Shown one piece after another: positions 17,595-25,828 of a DNA stretch of 51,348 nt. Every line of letters starts with the position of its first letter. Within the stretch, counting starts at the first letter, position 1. A program made the position numbers and the translations under genes. The DNA is from a virus (Duplodnaviria; Caudoviricetes), in the IMG/VR virus record IMGVR_UViG_3300037247_001029, positions 1-51,348 of that record, one strand, 5' to 3'. A model generated the notes under the pieces. It worked only from the letters and a program-made list of their open reading frames with translations, was not told where the DNA came from and made no database searches.

Positions 17595-17761
17595 GGGCTC
17601 ACTCCTTCCGGCGGTGCCACCATCTCGATGCGCACCGTCTCGAATGTCGTCACGCGCTGCTCCAAGTCGCGGATGCGGCAACCCTGTAGTATGGTCGCGG
17701 AACCTATACTTCCTATTGCCAAGGCCAGGACTATGAGGGTGATGGCGATAAGCTTGGTCAT
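17579..17761 (-). CDS. Small membrane protein
   Basis: N-terminal TM helix; ATGA overlap. Confidence 0.6.
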   Translation of the reverse strand: MTKLIAITLIVLALAIGSIGSATILQGCRIRDLEQRVTTFETVRIEMVAPPEGVSPLAYD

Positions 17762-18444
17762 GGCGCGCTATCCTTGGCCGGGCACCACTCCGTGACTGCA
17801 ATCGACCCTGGCTGGCCGACCGGTCGTGCCGTGATCTCCGACACATGGACCGGCTGGCCGTAGAGTCGATCGTACAGCTTGTACAATCCAGGCTCCGGGA
17901 AGACCACAGCCGCACGCACCGTGGCGCCGCGGGGCACCGCGACGGCCAGGATGACGCTACCGCCCGCATCCTCGATCTCAAACAGATGGGGCCCGGTATC
18001 GCCGTATAGGTGCATCTCGCCAGTGGCGGCTAGGCCCTCCTCGTCATAGATCCCCGCTACGAAGGTCAGGGCGAGTTCACCGCCAGCAAAGGTCCCGACG
18101 CGGTTGCTGGCGTAGAGGTACCGGCATGGGTTGTCGCCGCCCCGAACTTGGAATCGTATACCGCTGCCAATCAGAATTAGTCGTTTCGTATTGGCCGCCA
18201 GAATCCCCTCCACGTCGACGCCCCTGGCTGCTAGGATGGTCGGCGATGTCATGGTCCCAAAAAGGTCTTGGACGGAGATGCCATCCCCCGGCTCCGTCGT
18301 TGTCGCCACTGGCGTGGACGTGGCCACCGCAGGGGGGCCATTCGCCTCATCGGCCCGCAGGCCGTCATACCCATATGCGATGGCGGCGACCACGAGGACC
18401 ACCGCGACCGCGACCGCAATCTTGTACGCCCCCGTCCCGTTCAT
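17758..18444 (-). CDS. Membrane-anchored/secreted protein of unknown function
   Basis: TM/signal IAVAVAVVLVVAAIAYG, Thr/Pro linker, globular beta domain. Confidence 0.65.
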   Translation of the reverse strand: MNGTGAYKIAVAVAVVLVVAAIAYGYDGLRADEANGPPAVATSTPVATTTEPGDGISVQDLFGTMTSPTILAARGVDVEGILAANTKRLILIGSGIRFQVRGGDNPCRYLYASNRVGTFAGGELALTFVAGIYDEEGLAATGEMHLYGDTGPHLFEIEDAGGSVILAVAVPRGATVRAAVVFPEPGLYKLYDRLYGQPVHVSEITARPVGQPGSIAVTEWCPAKDSAP

Positions 18445-18872
18445 GGCTGCACCGCCTTCCGCTTGATGCTGAGCCGGGCGGGCTGCGGTACCTTGGCGCC
18501 GTCGATGATGTCGGCGATGGTGGTCCCGTATTTGCGCCAGCTATTCACCACCGTCATGTTCCACTTAGGGTTCGTCCAGACCTGCTCGGGTGGTGTGTAG
18601 CCCGCGGCGATAGTCGCGGGGTCCAACAATTCGGCCAGCGGTGTTAGGCGGTCCGGGTCGGTGTCGTACGGATGGGTCAACTTGATGTCGTGTCCCTTGG
18701 CGGGGATCGCATCGGCCCCACGCTCTTCCATGCGCCGCAGCAGCAGGTATTCGACATATTGGCGCCCCTTCTTGTTGAGGTCTTCGGCGTCCTTGAAGCT
18801 GTCCCAGGCCCCGATCAGGGCGCTGTCCTCCATGGCCGCCAGGCCTTCCTTTTCGCTATCGTTCAGGGTCAT
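18441..18872 (-). CDS. Hypothetical phage protein
   Basis: GAGGGAG RBS; operon overlaps. Confidence 0.7.
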   Translation of the reverse strand: MTLNDSEKEGLAAMEDSALIGAWDSFKDAEDLNKKGRQYVEYLLLRRMEERGADAIPAKGHDIKLTHPYDTDPDRLTPLAELLDPATIAAGYTPPEQVWTNPKWNMTVVNSWRKYGTTIADIIDGAKVPQPARLSIKRKAVQP

Positions 18873-19779
18873 TCTCGTCTCCCTCGTCGTCGATTGTGAA
18901 GTCCTCCATGTAGGTGCGAAACTGGGCCGTCACCGAATCCTCGCGGTGGCTGATCACATCGAACCGCTCGGTGTCGACCACCTCGTTGGCCAGCCCGATT
19001 AGCTCCTGAGCCGCATCGTCCGGGACGCCCTCCCACTGGTACGTGCCTGGGCGCTCCGGATTCTCCTGGATGCCGTACTGGTCGATTTGCTCGTCGTTGA
19101 GGCCGATGCGCTCGAAAGTGAAGTTGTCGAGCATTGCGGTCCATTCAACCTCGCGCTCGCCCGATGTCAGCAGGGATCCCCCCTGGAACAATGCGTCGAC
19201 CATCATTTGACGTACGTCCCGCTCGGCCGATTCGGGGATTTGCATACCCTTCGGGTCGAGGTCCCCGTAGTACATGACTTGGATGGGCGTCCGCATCTGT
19301 CGCCACCGTTCCACCAGGCGCAGGGCCGCGTCCCACTTGGCGGGAATGCTAATGTCCCCGTGGAACGCGAGCAGGCTAATGTTGGGGTCCGCGTAGTACT
19401 CGAATTGGGCGGTCATCGCCGCGGCCTCGAACCATATCTCCACGTACACGTCCTGCGAGGGCCACCGATCCAGGACGCACCGCGATTCCTCCGCGAGGAC
19501 CCGCGCCCACCGTTGGCCGTCCCGGTAGCCGCCCCCGTTGACCAGCGCGGCCCGGCTATCGTCGGTCAGTGTGTCGGGTCGCCACCCGCCATACCATTGC
19601 TTCCGGGCCTTCGACAGGTAGGACAGGAGGCGCTTGTAGTCGCCCTTCTTGTCCAGGATGCCAGCCTGTAGCAGGCGATAGAAGACCCACCTGGCTGTCA
19701 CGGCGTAGGGGACCGCGTTGACCTCCGCGAGGGCGCGGTCCAGGACGGCGGCCACGGCCCGCGTCGGGTTATAGGGCAT
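18856..19779 (-). CDS. Spo11/TopoVI-A/JetD-like winged-helix + TOPRIM protein
   Basis: VTARWVFYRL (WH Tyr), VEIWFE, MYYGDLDPKG (DxD), FERIGLNDEQI; GAGGAG RBS before ATG 19779. Confidence 0.75.
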   Translation of the reverse strand: MPYNPTRAVAAVLDRALAEVNAVPYAVTARWVFYRLLQAGILDKKGDYKRLLSYLSKARKQWYGGWRPDTLTDDSRAALVNGGGYRDGQRWARVLAEESRCVLDRWPSQDVYVEIWFEAAAMTAQFEYYADPNISLLAFHGDISIPAKWDAALRLVERWRQMRTPIQVMYYGDLDPKGMQIPESAERDVRQMMVDALFQGGSLLTSGEREVEWTAMLDNFTFERIGLNDEQIDQYGIQENPERPGTYQWEGVPDDAAQELIGLANEVVDTERFDVISHREDSVTAQFRTYMEDFTIDDEGDENDPER

Positions 19780-20203
19780 CGGGCGTCTCCTCGTCGGGGC
19801 CTGTGTGGGAGCGCGCCTTGGCCATAGCCCGGATATGGCTGGCCATAAAGGCGCCGCCGCGCTTCGATTCCTCCGCCGCATCGTCGCACCGCGGACACAT
19901 GTGACGCTGGCCGGGGTTGTCGCAGGTGCAGTCGAACTTGGCGGGGCAGTACGCGCAGCCCGCGCGATGTGTAGCTAGGCCGGTGGGCTCAAAGCCATGC
20001 CTCTTGTCGCCGTGTACCTTGGGCTCCGCGACTTCTACCATCTCCCAATTCCCTGCCAGGTGGGCTACCAGGCGATCGGTGTGTGCCGGTGTCCAGACGG
20101 CATGCCTGACGCCACGTGGCGTCGCATTCTGTGTCGCCGTCCCAAACTCGAAGTCCAGGAAGGCCTCGATCTGCCGATGCAGAAATGCTCGCAAGTCAGT
20201 CAT
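19769..20203 (-). CDS. Hypothetical Cys-rich protein
   Basis: CAYC..CTC..HMCPRC; ATGA overlap. Confidence 0.6.
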   Translation of the reverse strand: MTDLRAFLHRQIEAFLDFEFGTATQNATPRGVRHAVWTPAHTDRLVAHLAGNWEMVEVAEPKVHGDKRHGFEPTGLATHRAGCAYCPAKFDCTCDNPGQRHMCPRCDDAAEESKRGGAFMASHIRAMAKARSHTGPDEETPDAL

Positions 20204-20424
20204 GTCACAACCTCCGCAAAATGTGTCAGCGGCACCCCGTAGATGCCCGCCAGCTGCACCACGGCTATGAAGGGTGCCCGTTGCAGGTCGCCAGTCTCCA
20301 GCTTCGATATGTAGGACTGGGGACGCCCCAGGTGGGCGGCAGCCTGCACTTGGGTCTTCTTGGCCGCAATCCTGGCCTCGACCAACCGCGACCGCAATGC
20401 CATTTCCGTCGTCTGTCCTGTCAT
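20200..20424 (-). CDS. XRE-family HTH regulator
   Basis: LVEARIAAKKTQVQAAAHLGRPQSYISKLETG; GGAGGAG RBS. Confidence 0.9.
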   Translation of the reverse strand: MTGQTTEMALRSRLVEARIAAKKTQVQAAAHLGRPQSYISKLETGDLQRAPFIAVVQLAGIYGVPLTHFAEVVT

Positions 20425-20439
20425 CGTCTCCTCCCTTGC

Positions 20440-20467
20440 TTGACCGCCTCGCCCATGGTGGTATAGT
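20440..20467 (+). promoter_or_regulatory. Sigma70-type promoter antisense to the leftward operon
   Basis: TTGACC-16-TATAGT with extended TG. Confidence 0.4.
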
Positions 20468-20544
20468 CTCCTCTTGTTCCTTATCTCGGCACGGACGCCC
20501 GACGATCGGCTTTGATGTTGCAGCCTTCGCCGGGCGTTTGTGTG

Positions 20545-20802
20545 TCAGGCGTCCAGGCGGTATGGCCTGACGGTGAGATGTGTCTGCCCAGCCAGCGCCT
20601 CTGCCTCACGCTCTGTCAGCCAGTCACCCACATGGACCGTGACGGTCTCGACCTGGACGACCGCAGAGGAATCCCCCCCGTCAGGCACGCCCGTGCTGCG
20701 CCGGTAGACAGCCACCGGCGAGTGCCCACGAATCTCGTCGACGTGGTAGAGGCCTTTTGACCTCGCGTACCCCAGTGTGACCCCGTCCTGCTGATCAGCC
20801 AC
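20545..20802 (-). CDS. Hypothetical protein
   Basis: GAGGGAGAGAGG before GTG 20802. Confidence 0.5.
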   Translation of the reverse strand: MADQQDGVTLGYARSKGLYHVDEIRGHSPVAVYRRSTGVPDGGDSSAVVQVETVTVHVGDWLTEREAEALAGQTHLTVRPYRLDA

Positions 20803-20818
20803 CGTGTGCCTCTCTCCC

Positions 20819-20989
20819 TCAGTCCCGCTTGATGTAGTAGCCCGTGATGTCGCCGTCGCTGTCGTACGCGGTCGAGACCGTGAAGCCGATACCGCGCACT
20901 GCGAACCACCTGATGGCCTCAATCAGATCCTGGTCGCTGAGATCCGCCGCCTGTCCCAGGTCTGTCAGCTTCCGTGCCAGTGGTGTCAT
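20819..20989 (-). CDS. 56-aa hypothetical protein (MTPLARKLTDLG...), absent from the ORF track
   Basis: GAGGG RBS before ATG; open to TGA at 20821-20819. Confidence 0.5.
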   Translation of the reverse strand: MTPLARKLTDLGQAADLSDQDLIEAIRWFAVRGIGFTVSTAYDSDGDITGYYIKRD

Positions 20990-21236
20990 ATCCCTCTTCC
21001 CTTCTCCGCAACTGGGTGCCGCGCCTGCGTAGTGCCTGGGTGGCGATCAGGTGATTGATGAACTCGCTGACCGAAGCGTAGCCGCGCGGGCTGTTCTCGA
21101 TCAGGCTCCTAACCGCCCTGGCCTGTTCGTCCGGCATGCGGACTGCCACGACCGTCGTGGTGCGCCCATTGGCCACCGCCTCGTCACAGGCGGCCTCGTG
21201 GATGTGGCCCGCGCCCATCTTCATGCAGATCGCCAT
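20919..21236 (-). CDS. Ribbon-helix-helix (CopG/Arc-like) DNA-binding protein
   Basis: TTVVAVRMPDEQARAVRSLI..GYASVSEFINHLI; GGAGG RBS. Confidence 0.65.
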   Translation of the reverse strand: MAICMKMGAGHIHEAACDEAVANGRTTTVVAVRMPDEQARAVRSLIENSPRGYASVSEFINHLIATQALRRRGTQLRRREEGYDTTGTEADRPGTGGGSQRPGSD

Positions 21237-21275
21237 GTCGGCCCTCCGATAGTTAGCTCACCGTGATGGAGGGAT

Positions 21276-21539
21276 TTAGGCGTAAGAATCCCATTCAGAA
21301 CGGAAGCGCTCAGATTGACCCTGGAGGAATGCCGGGACATCAGCGCAGGCCTCAATGGTAGCTGCCAGGTCTTGCCCGCAGCCATCTTTGAAGATTAACC
21401 AGACTTGCCCCCCATGAACGCCAGCACGCTCAAGATCAAGCAACGCGTCATTCGCTCCTTGCTGCGCCATGTCCACTAAGACTCTCAACGCACCTGGGTT
21501 GCCCTGGGCGATATTAAGAATCCTGTCCTTGATGGCCAC
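21276..21539 (-). CDS. Hypothetical protein, first gene of the leftward operon
   Basis: AGGAGGT RBS; GNPGALRVL motif. Confidence 0.7.
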   Translation of the reverse strand: MAIKDRILNIAQGNPGALRVLVDMAQQGANDALLDLERAGVHGGQVWLIFKDGCGQDLAATIEACADVPAFLQGQSERFRSEWDSYA

Positions 21540-21581
21540 GGTGTACCTCCTGGGTGCTTGGGGTTTGGGCTACGCGCCCAC

Positions 21582-21611
21582 TTGACCATATACCTATCTT
21601 ATACCTATAAT
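21582..21611 (+). promoter_or_regulatory. Rightward promoter overlapping the leftward one, with TATACCTAT direct repeats
   Basis: TTGACC-18-TATAAT; tatacctat at 21589 and 21600. Confidence 0.5.
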
Positions 21612-21624
21612 GCAGGCATGGCAA
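21596..21624 (-). promoter_or_regulatory. Leftward sigma70 promoter
   Basis: TTGCCA-17-TAAGAT on the minus strand. Confidence 0.6.
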
Positions 21625-21662
21625 CCACCCAGGGGCCCGATCTGGTTAGGATTATAGTCCCG

Positions 21663-21691
21663 TTGACATAGGCCGTGGCCCATACTATCCT
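21663..21691 (+). promoter_or_regulatory. Rightward sigma70 promoter for the cro-like gene
   Basis: TTGACA-17-TATCCT followed by AGGAGGT RBS. Confidence 0.7.
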
Positions 21692-21714
21692 AAGTACCCA
21701 GGAGGTGCTAGCCC

Positions 21715-21927
21715 GTGAGCATACTAAAGGTCAAACGGTTGGAGGCCGCGCTGACACAGCGCGAGCTGGCCGACGCGGCGGGGGTCGACATCAACACGAT
21801 AGGCGATCTGGAAAAGGACCCGCCCGTCAAACGGCCACGGCCCACGACGGTGCGGAAATTGGCCGAGGCATTGGGCATCGCGCCCAAGGTCCTAGTGGAA
21901 CTGTTCACCCAGGAGGTGACGGCGTGA
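21715..21927 (+). CDS. Cro-like XRE HTH regulator
   Basis: LKVKRLEAALTQRELADAAGVDINTIGDLE..PRPTTVRKLAEALG. Confidence 0.92.
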   Translation: MSILKVKRLEAALTQRELADAAGVDINTIGDLEKDPPVKRPRPTTVRKLAEALGIAPKVLVELFTQEVTA

Positions 21928-22277
21928 CATCTAGGAGCCGCGGCGGCGTACAGACTGATCAACAGATGGGGCTATCCGACGAGGCACAGTCAGCCGAGGT
22001 CGGGGCGCTGATGAAGGACTGGCACGACCTGGCCCTCAAGGGACCCGATGCCAGGGCGGTCATCAAACAGATCGAGGCGGCCAAGGACAGGGCGTTGGAT
22101 GTCCTCCCTGGCGACGACGGCGCCAAGCACCGATACACGTGGATAGACGAGGACGGCGACGAGCCGGTCCAGTACATTGTCCTGACGACCCCGCCGACCG
22201 ACCCCAAGGACATCAACTTCACCAGGGAACCCAAGCGACGGGCTGTAGTGGAAAAACAGGAAGCCCCCAGGGGATAG
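21924..22277 (+). CDS. Hypothetical protein
   Basis: AGGAGGT RBS, GTGA overlap. Confidence 0.65.
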   Translation: MTSRSRGGVQTDQQMGLSDEAQSAEVGALMKDWHDLALKGPDARAVIKQIEAAKDRALDVLPGDDGAKHRYTWIDEDGDEPVQYIVLTTPPTDPKDINFTREPKRRAVVEKQEAPRG

Positions 22278-22283
22278 GAGGTC

Positions 22284-22739
22284 GTGACGCTGGAAATCAG
22301 AGGCCTTACACTCACCCAGCCGTGGGCGACCCTTGTGGACCTCGGGCAGAAACGCTACGAAACGCGTAGTTGGGACACGGGCTATCGGGGGTTGGTTGCC
22401 ATCCATGCGGCGAAGAAGTTCCCCCATAATGCGCAACGCCTTTCCCAGACTGAGCCCTTCTTGGCTGCGATGGGCCGCCCCCCCGAGGAGTTCCCCCTCG
22501 GCGTCATTCTCTGCATCGCCCGTATCGCGTGGACCAAGCCGACATCGTCACTTCATTTCGTGGCGCCGCCCGAACGGGACTTCGGCGACTTTGGGTCAGA
22601 TCGGTACGCATGGGCACTTGAGCATGTGGTGTCCCTCAGGCAGCCCATACCGTGCAGGGGCATGCTGGGCCTATGGGCACTCCCGCCCGAGGCGCTCGCG
22701 GCCTGCAAGGCGGCTGTGGGTGCAATCACCCGACGATAG
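22284..22739 (+). CDS. ASCH-domain protein
   Basis: LTLTQPWATLVDLGQKRYETRSW..YRGLVAIHAAK..PIPCRGMLGLW. Confidence 0.9.
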   Translation: MTLEIRGLTLTQPWATLVDLGQKRYETRSWDTGYRGLVAIHAAKKFPHNAQRLSQTEPFLAAMGRPPEEFPLGVILCIARIAWTKPTSSLHFVAPPERDFGDFGSDRYAWALEHVVSLRQPIPCRGMLGLWALPPEALAACKAAVGAITRR

Positions 22740-22748
22740 GAGGGGACG

Positions 22749-22910
22749 ATGAAGATCACGACCATCACGTACAACCGCACGGTGAACTTGGGCAACTTCG
22801 AAAGCAAGCGCCAAGAAGCCACTGCTGAGATTGAGGACGGCGAAGACCCCACGAAAGCGGCCGAGGAATTGCGGAAGTGGGTCCACGCTGAATTGCTCAA
22901 GGACAAATAG
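22749..22910 (+). CDS. 53-aa phage protein (NLGNFES motif)
   Basis: AGGAGG RBS; MKITTITYNRTVNLGNFESKRQEATAEI. Confidence 0.75.
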   Translation: MKITTITYNRTVNLGNFESKRQEATAEIEDGEDPTKAAEELRKWVHAELLKDK

Positions 22911-22919
22911 GAGGACACG

Positions 22920-23939
22920 ATGACTGATCAGGACCGGACGCTGGCAGTCCGCGAAGAGGTGGGGCAGCCAGCAGTCCTAGCCGAGCGTGAGCCAGAGGAC
23001 ATCATCGCCTGGGCCAGTCGCCGCGCCACCGAATTGAGCAAGGTCGTGGAATCGAAGGGCCTGTTCCAGATGTTCGGCATCAAGAAGCACCTTGTCGCCG
23101 AGGCATGGGAGACGGTGCTGGCCCTGCACGAGGTAGACCCGCTCATTGAGTGGACTAAGCCCATTGACATCAACGGCGAGCCCTTGACCAACGATGGGCG
23201 AAAGATAGCAGGCTACAAGGCGCGCGCCATCATCGTGCAGAATGGGCGAGAGATCGCCAGCGGCGAGATGACCTGCGGCATGGATGAGTATCCGACCCAG
23301 AGCAAGGAAGGCTTCGCCAAGCATCGCGCGGCCATGTCCGCCGCTGAGACCTGGGCAGTCGCCAAGGCAGCTCGCCACAAGTTCGCCTGGGTCGTCACCC
23401 TTGCGGGCTATGAGCCCACCCCCGCAGCAGAGATGGAGGGCGTGGTGGTCGCCCACGGCGACTACGGCACCTGTGAGAAGCACGGGGTCCCGTACTTCCA
23501 GTCCAAGAACATGCGCAGCCCCGCTCACAAGGCGGACGACGGAGGTTGGTGCAACAAGCCCGAAGAGGCTCCTGTGACCGGACCCGACAGGGCATACGAC
23601 CAGGACGGTCAGATCGAGACACGCTCACCCCAGCAGGCCGCCGCCGGTGTCAAGGATGTAAAGGGCATCAAGAATGGCGGCGACTTCATGGTCTACGTCA
23701 ACTCGCGATGGGCGGGCCACAACCAAACCGACATCCTTGGCTGCCTCAATGTGAAGAAGATCAGCGACATGACCTTCACGCCCAAGAACGTATCTGGCTA
23801 TGTCGCAACGCTCGTCGGCTTTTGGGGAGAGGGTGACGGTGCTGACGACGGGGTCATCCAGGAGCTCGAGACGGAACCAACTGAGGAGGAGACTACCGAT
23901 GTCAAGGGTGACGCCGATGAGGCGGCTGTGGTACAGTAG
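22920..23939 (+). CDS. Probable single-strand annealing/recombination protein
   Basis: Position before replication genes; AMSAAETWAVAKAAR..GYEPTPAAEM; small Cys/His finger; acidic tail. Confidence 0.5.
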   Translation: MTDQDRTLAVREEVGQPAVLAEREPEDIIAWASRRATELSKVVESKGLFQMFGIKKHLVAEAWETVLALHEVDPLIEWTKPIDINGEPLTNDGRKIAGYKARAIIVQNGREIASGEMTCGMDEYPTQSKEGFAKHRAAMSAAETWAVAKAARHKFAWVVTLAGYEPTPAAEMEGVVVAHGDYGTCEKHGVPYFQSKNMRSPAHKADDGGWCNKPEEAPVTGPDRAYDQDGQIETRSPQQAAAGVKDVKGIKNGGDFMVYVNSRWAGHNQTDILGCLNVKKISDMTFTPKNVSGYVATLVGFWGEGDGADDGVIQELETEPTEEETTDVKGDADEAAVVQ

Positions 23940-23942
23940 CCC

Positions 23943-24053
23943 TGAGCGTTTTGCTCACATGGCCGGTTGTCTTCCTCGGCTGGCCGTGGCTCATCGTAAC
24001 AGGTGCGCCAGGAAGACCGGTCAGCCGAGATTAGGCAACCGGCCCTTTGTTGT
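23943..24053 (+). promoter_or_regulatory. Structured leader/terminator upstream of the replication initiator
   Basis: Nested stems ggccggttgtc/ggcaaccggcc and ctcggctggccg/cggtcagccgag followed by CTTTGTTGT. Confidence 0.55.
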
Positions 24054-24121
24054 GCCGCGAGATGACCCCACCGACCGTGGTGGGCCTACAAACGCCGATG
24101 CGGTCCAGGAGGACCCTGCCG

Positions 24122-24901
24122 ATGTCAGTCCTACAGATGGCGGTGGTGTGGGGGCTACAACTGCCGTTCAATCAGGCATGGGTCCTGATGGCACTGGCTG
24201 ACTTTGCCCATGACGACGGCAGCCGATGCTTCCCTGGCGTTGATCGTCTAGCCCATAAAACGGGCTATGGCGAACGTCAGGTTAGACGGCTTTTACATGA
24301 TCTCCGGGAGATTGGTCTAATTGAGGCAGTGGCGTTCCTCGGCGGTGGTAGAGGCCGCGCGACCGAATATAGACTACGTCTCGAAAAGGGTGTCAAGAAG
24401 TCCCCCTTTATAAAGGAGGACATTTCAGAAACCCTGACACCACGGGACCTAAACCCTGACACCCACGGTCAAAAGGGGGACCTGCCGGGTCAAAAGGAGG
24501 ACTTAGCTGTGACCCCCCAACCATTAAGAACCATCACTCAAACATCAGAAGAACCATTAGTACATAGTGGCACGGATACCACATGGCTGCGGACTCTACG
24601 GTCCATTGATGGCTGGGCTGCCAAGGGGGAGCCCCACATCGACAGTCTGCTAGCGTGGGTCAACGAGAAGGGATGGACGCTCGACGAGCTAGAGGCGTCG
24701 GCCATCGGGCTGGCGGCAACTAGCGACAAGACACTGAAAGGCTACCGGACTATGGCGGGCGCCTTCCAGCGGAGGTTGAACCAGGGATATGACAAGCCGG
24801 GACGGGTTCCGGTCGATGGGCGAGACCCTACGGGCGATACGAGCCAAGTTACCAGCGGCGGCCGAGCCGAGGGATGGGACAATCGCTCAGACCGGGCCTG
24901 A
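24122..24901 (+). CDS. Phage replication initiator (HTH_36-type N-terminus)
   Basis: VLMALADFAHDDGSRCFPGVDRLAHKTGYGERQVRRLL..L...GLI; AGGAGG RBS; followed by DnaC-like gene. Confidence 0.85.
   Translation: MSVLQMAVVWGLQLPFNQAWVLMALADFAHDDGSRCFPGVDRLAHKTGYGERQVRRLLHDLREIGLIEAVAFLGGGRGRATEYRLRLEKGVKKSPFIKEDISETLTPRDLNPDTHGQKGDLPGQKEDLAVTPQPLRTITQTSEEPLVHSGTDTTWLRTLRSIDGWAAKGEPHIDSLLAWVNEKGWTLDELEASAIGLAATSDKTLKGYRTMAGAFQRRLNQGYDKPGRVPVDGRDPTGDTSQVTSGGRAEGWDNRSDRA
24384..24502. repeat. Iteron-like repeats, probable replication origin
   Basis: aaaccctgacacc at 24429 and 24451; ggtcaaaagg(g/a)ggac at 24467 and 24488; 21-22 bp spacing. Confidence 0.6.
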
Positions 24902-25607
24902 CTGCGCGGACTGCGGTGACCACGGCTGGTACACGCTTGATGTCGAAGTCGCTGACCCGCGATTCGGTCAAGTGATCACCTGTGCGTGCCAACCGGCCAT
25001 CAGCGCCGAACGGCTGGCAGCTTTTACCGAGTTGACACCGGGCATGCGGGCGCTGACATTCGACGTCCTGGGACCATCCAGGGCAAAGAATGTCAGCCAG
25101 GAGGCCCAGTGGGATGGAGTGGTCCGCGCGGCCCAGGCCTACGCCGCAGGCGCCACCCTGCTGCCCTGGTTCGTCCTGGCGGGGTCCCTGGGTTGGGGGA
25201 AGACACACCTGGCGACTGCCATCCTGAACTGGCGCATTGACCACCCCGATGACGGGCCGCCGGGCAAGTACGTCAACTGCCCGGACTTCCTAGCAGCCTT
25301 GCGACAGGGCATCGATGAGGGTGGCTTTGAGACGACGCTGACGCTGTACCGTGAGGTCCCGCTGTTGCTGCTGGACGACCTGGGCGCCGAGTATCAGCGG
25401 CGCCGCGGCGCCGAGGTGTCGTGGGCCGACGAGCAGATATACAGGGTCCTGGACTACCGCTACCGGGAGAAGATGGGGACCATCATCACGACCAATATCG
25501 AACTGGCGCGGGTGGCGCCGCGGCTGCGGGACCGGCTCCAGGATCGGGCGCTGGTGGCGGCGTTTGGCCTCAACCTGCCAAGCTACCGGACAGGGGAGAT
25601 ATTGTGA
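24789..25607 (+). CDS. DnaC/IstB-like helicase-loader ATPase
   Basis: CADC..CAC Zn finger; Walker A GSLGWGKT; Walker B LLLLDDLG; TIITTN. Confidence 0.9.
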   Translation: MTSRDGFRSMGETLRAIRAKLPAAAEPRDGTIAQTGPDCADCGDHGWYTLDVEVADPRFGQVITCACQPAISAERLAAFTELTPGMRALTFDVLGPSRAKNVSQEAQWDGVVRAAQAYAAGATLLPWFVLAGSLGWGKTHLATAILNWRIDHPDDGPPGKYVNCPDFLAALRQGIDEGGFETTLTLYREVPLLLLDDLGAEYQRRRGAEVSWADEQIYRVLDYRYREKMGTIITTNIELARVAPRLRDRLQDRALVAAFGLNLPSYRTGEIL

Positions 25608-25828
25608 TGGCGACTGAGAGTGAGCGGGTGCGGATTCTCAGGGAGAATGAGCTTTTGAAAGCCGAGAACGAACGGCTGAAGACGCTAGGCAAGGACACTA
25701 TCCGACACCTATACCGCAACGGGCCGATGGAAGGTAGTCGGGATAGCTTCATGATTCAGAACTGGGAGGCCGCCCTTGCCGACCCGCCCCGCACAGGGGA
25801 AGGAGACGCCGATGACAGCACTAAATGA
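25607..25828 (+). CDS. Hypothetical coiled-coil protein
   Basis: TGATG overlap, GGAG RBS. Confidence 0.55.
   Translation: MATESERVRILRENELLKAENERLKTLGKDTIRHLYRNGPMEGSRDSFMIQNWEAALADPPRTGEGDADDSTK

Noticed and set aside
21675-21923. Long N-terminal extension of ORF 21675-22277
   Set aside because: Overlaps the promoter and the cro gene; the real start is GTG 21924 with an AGGAGGT RBS
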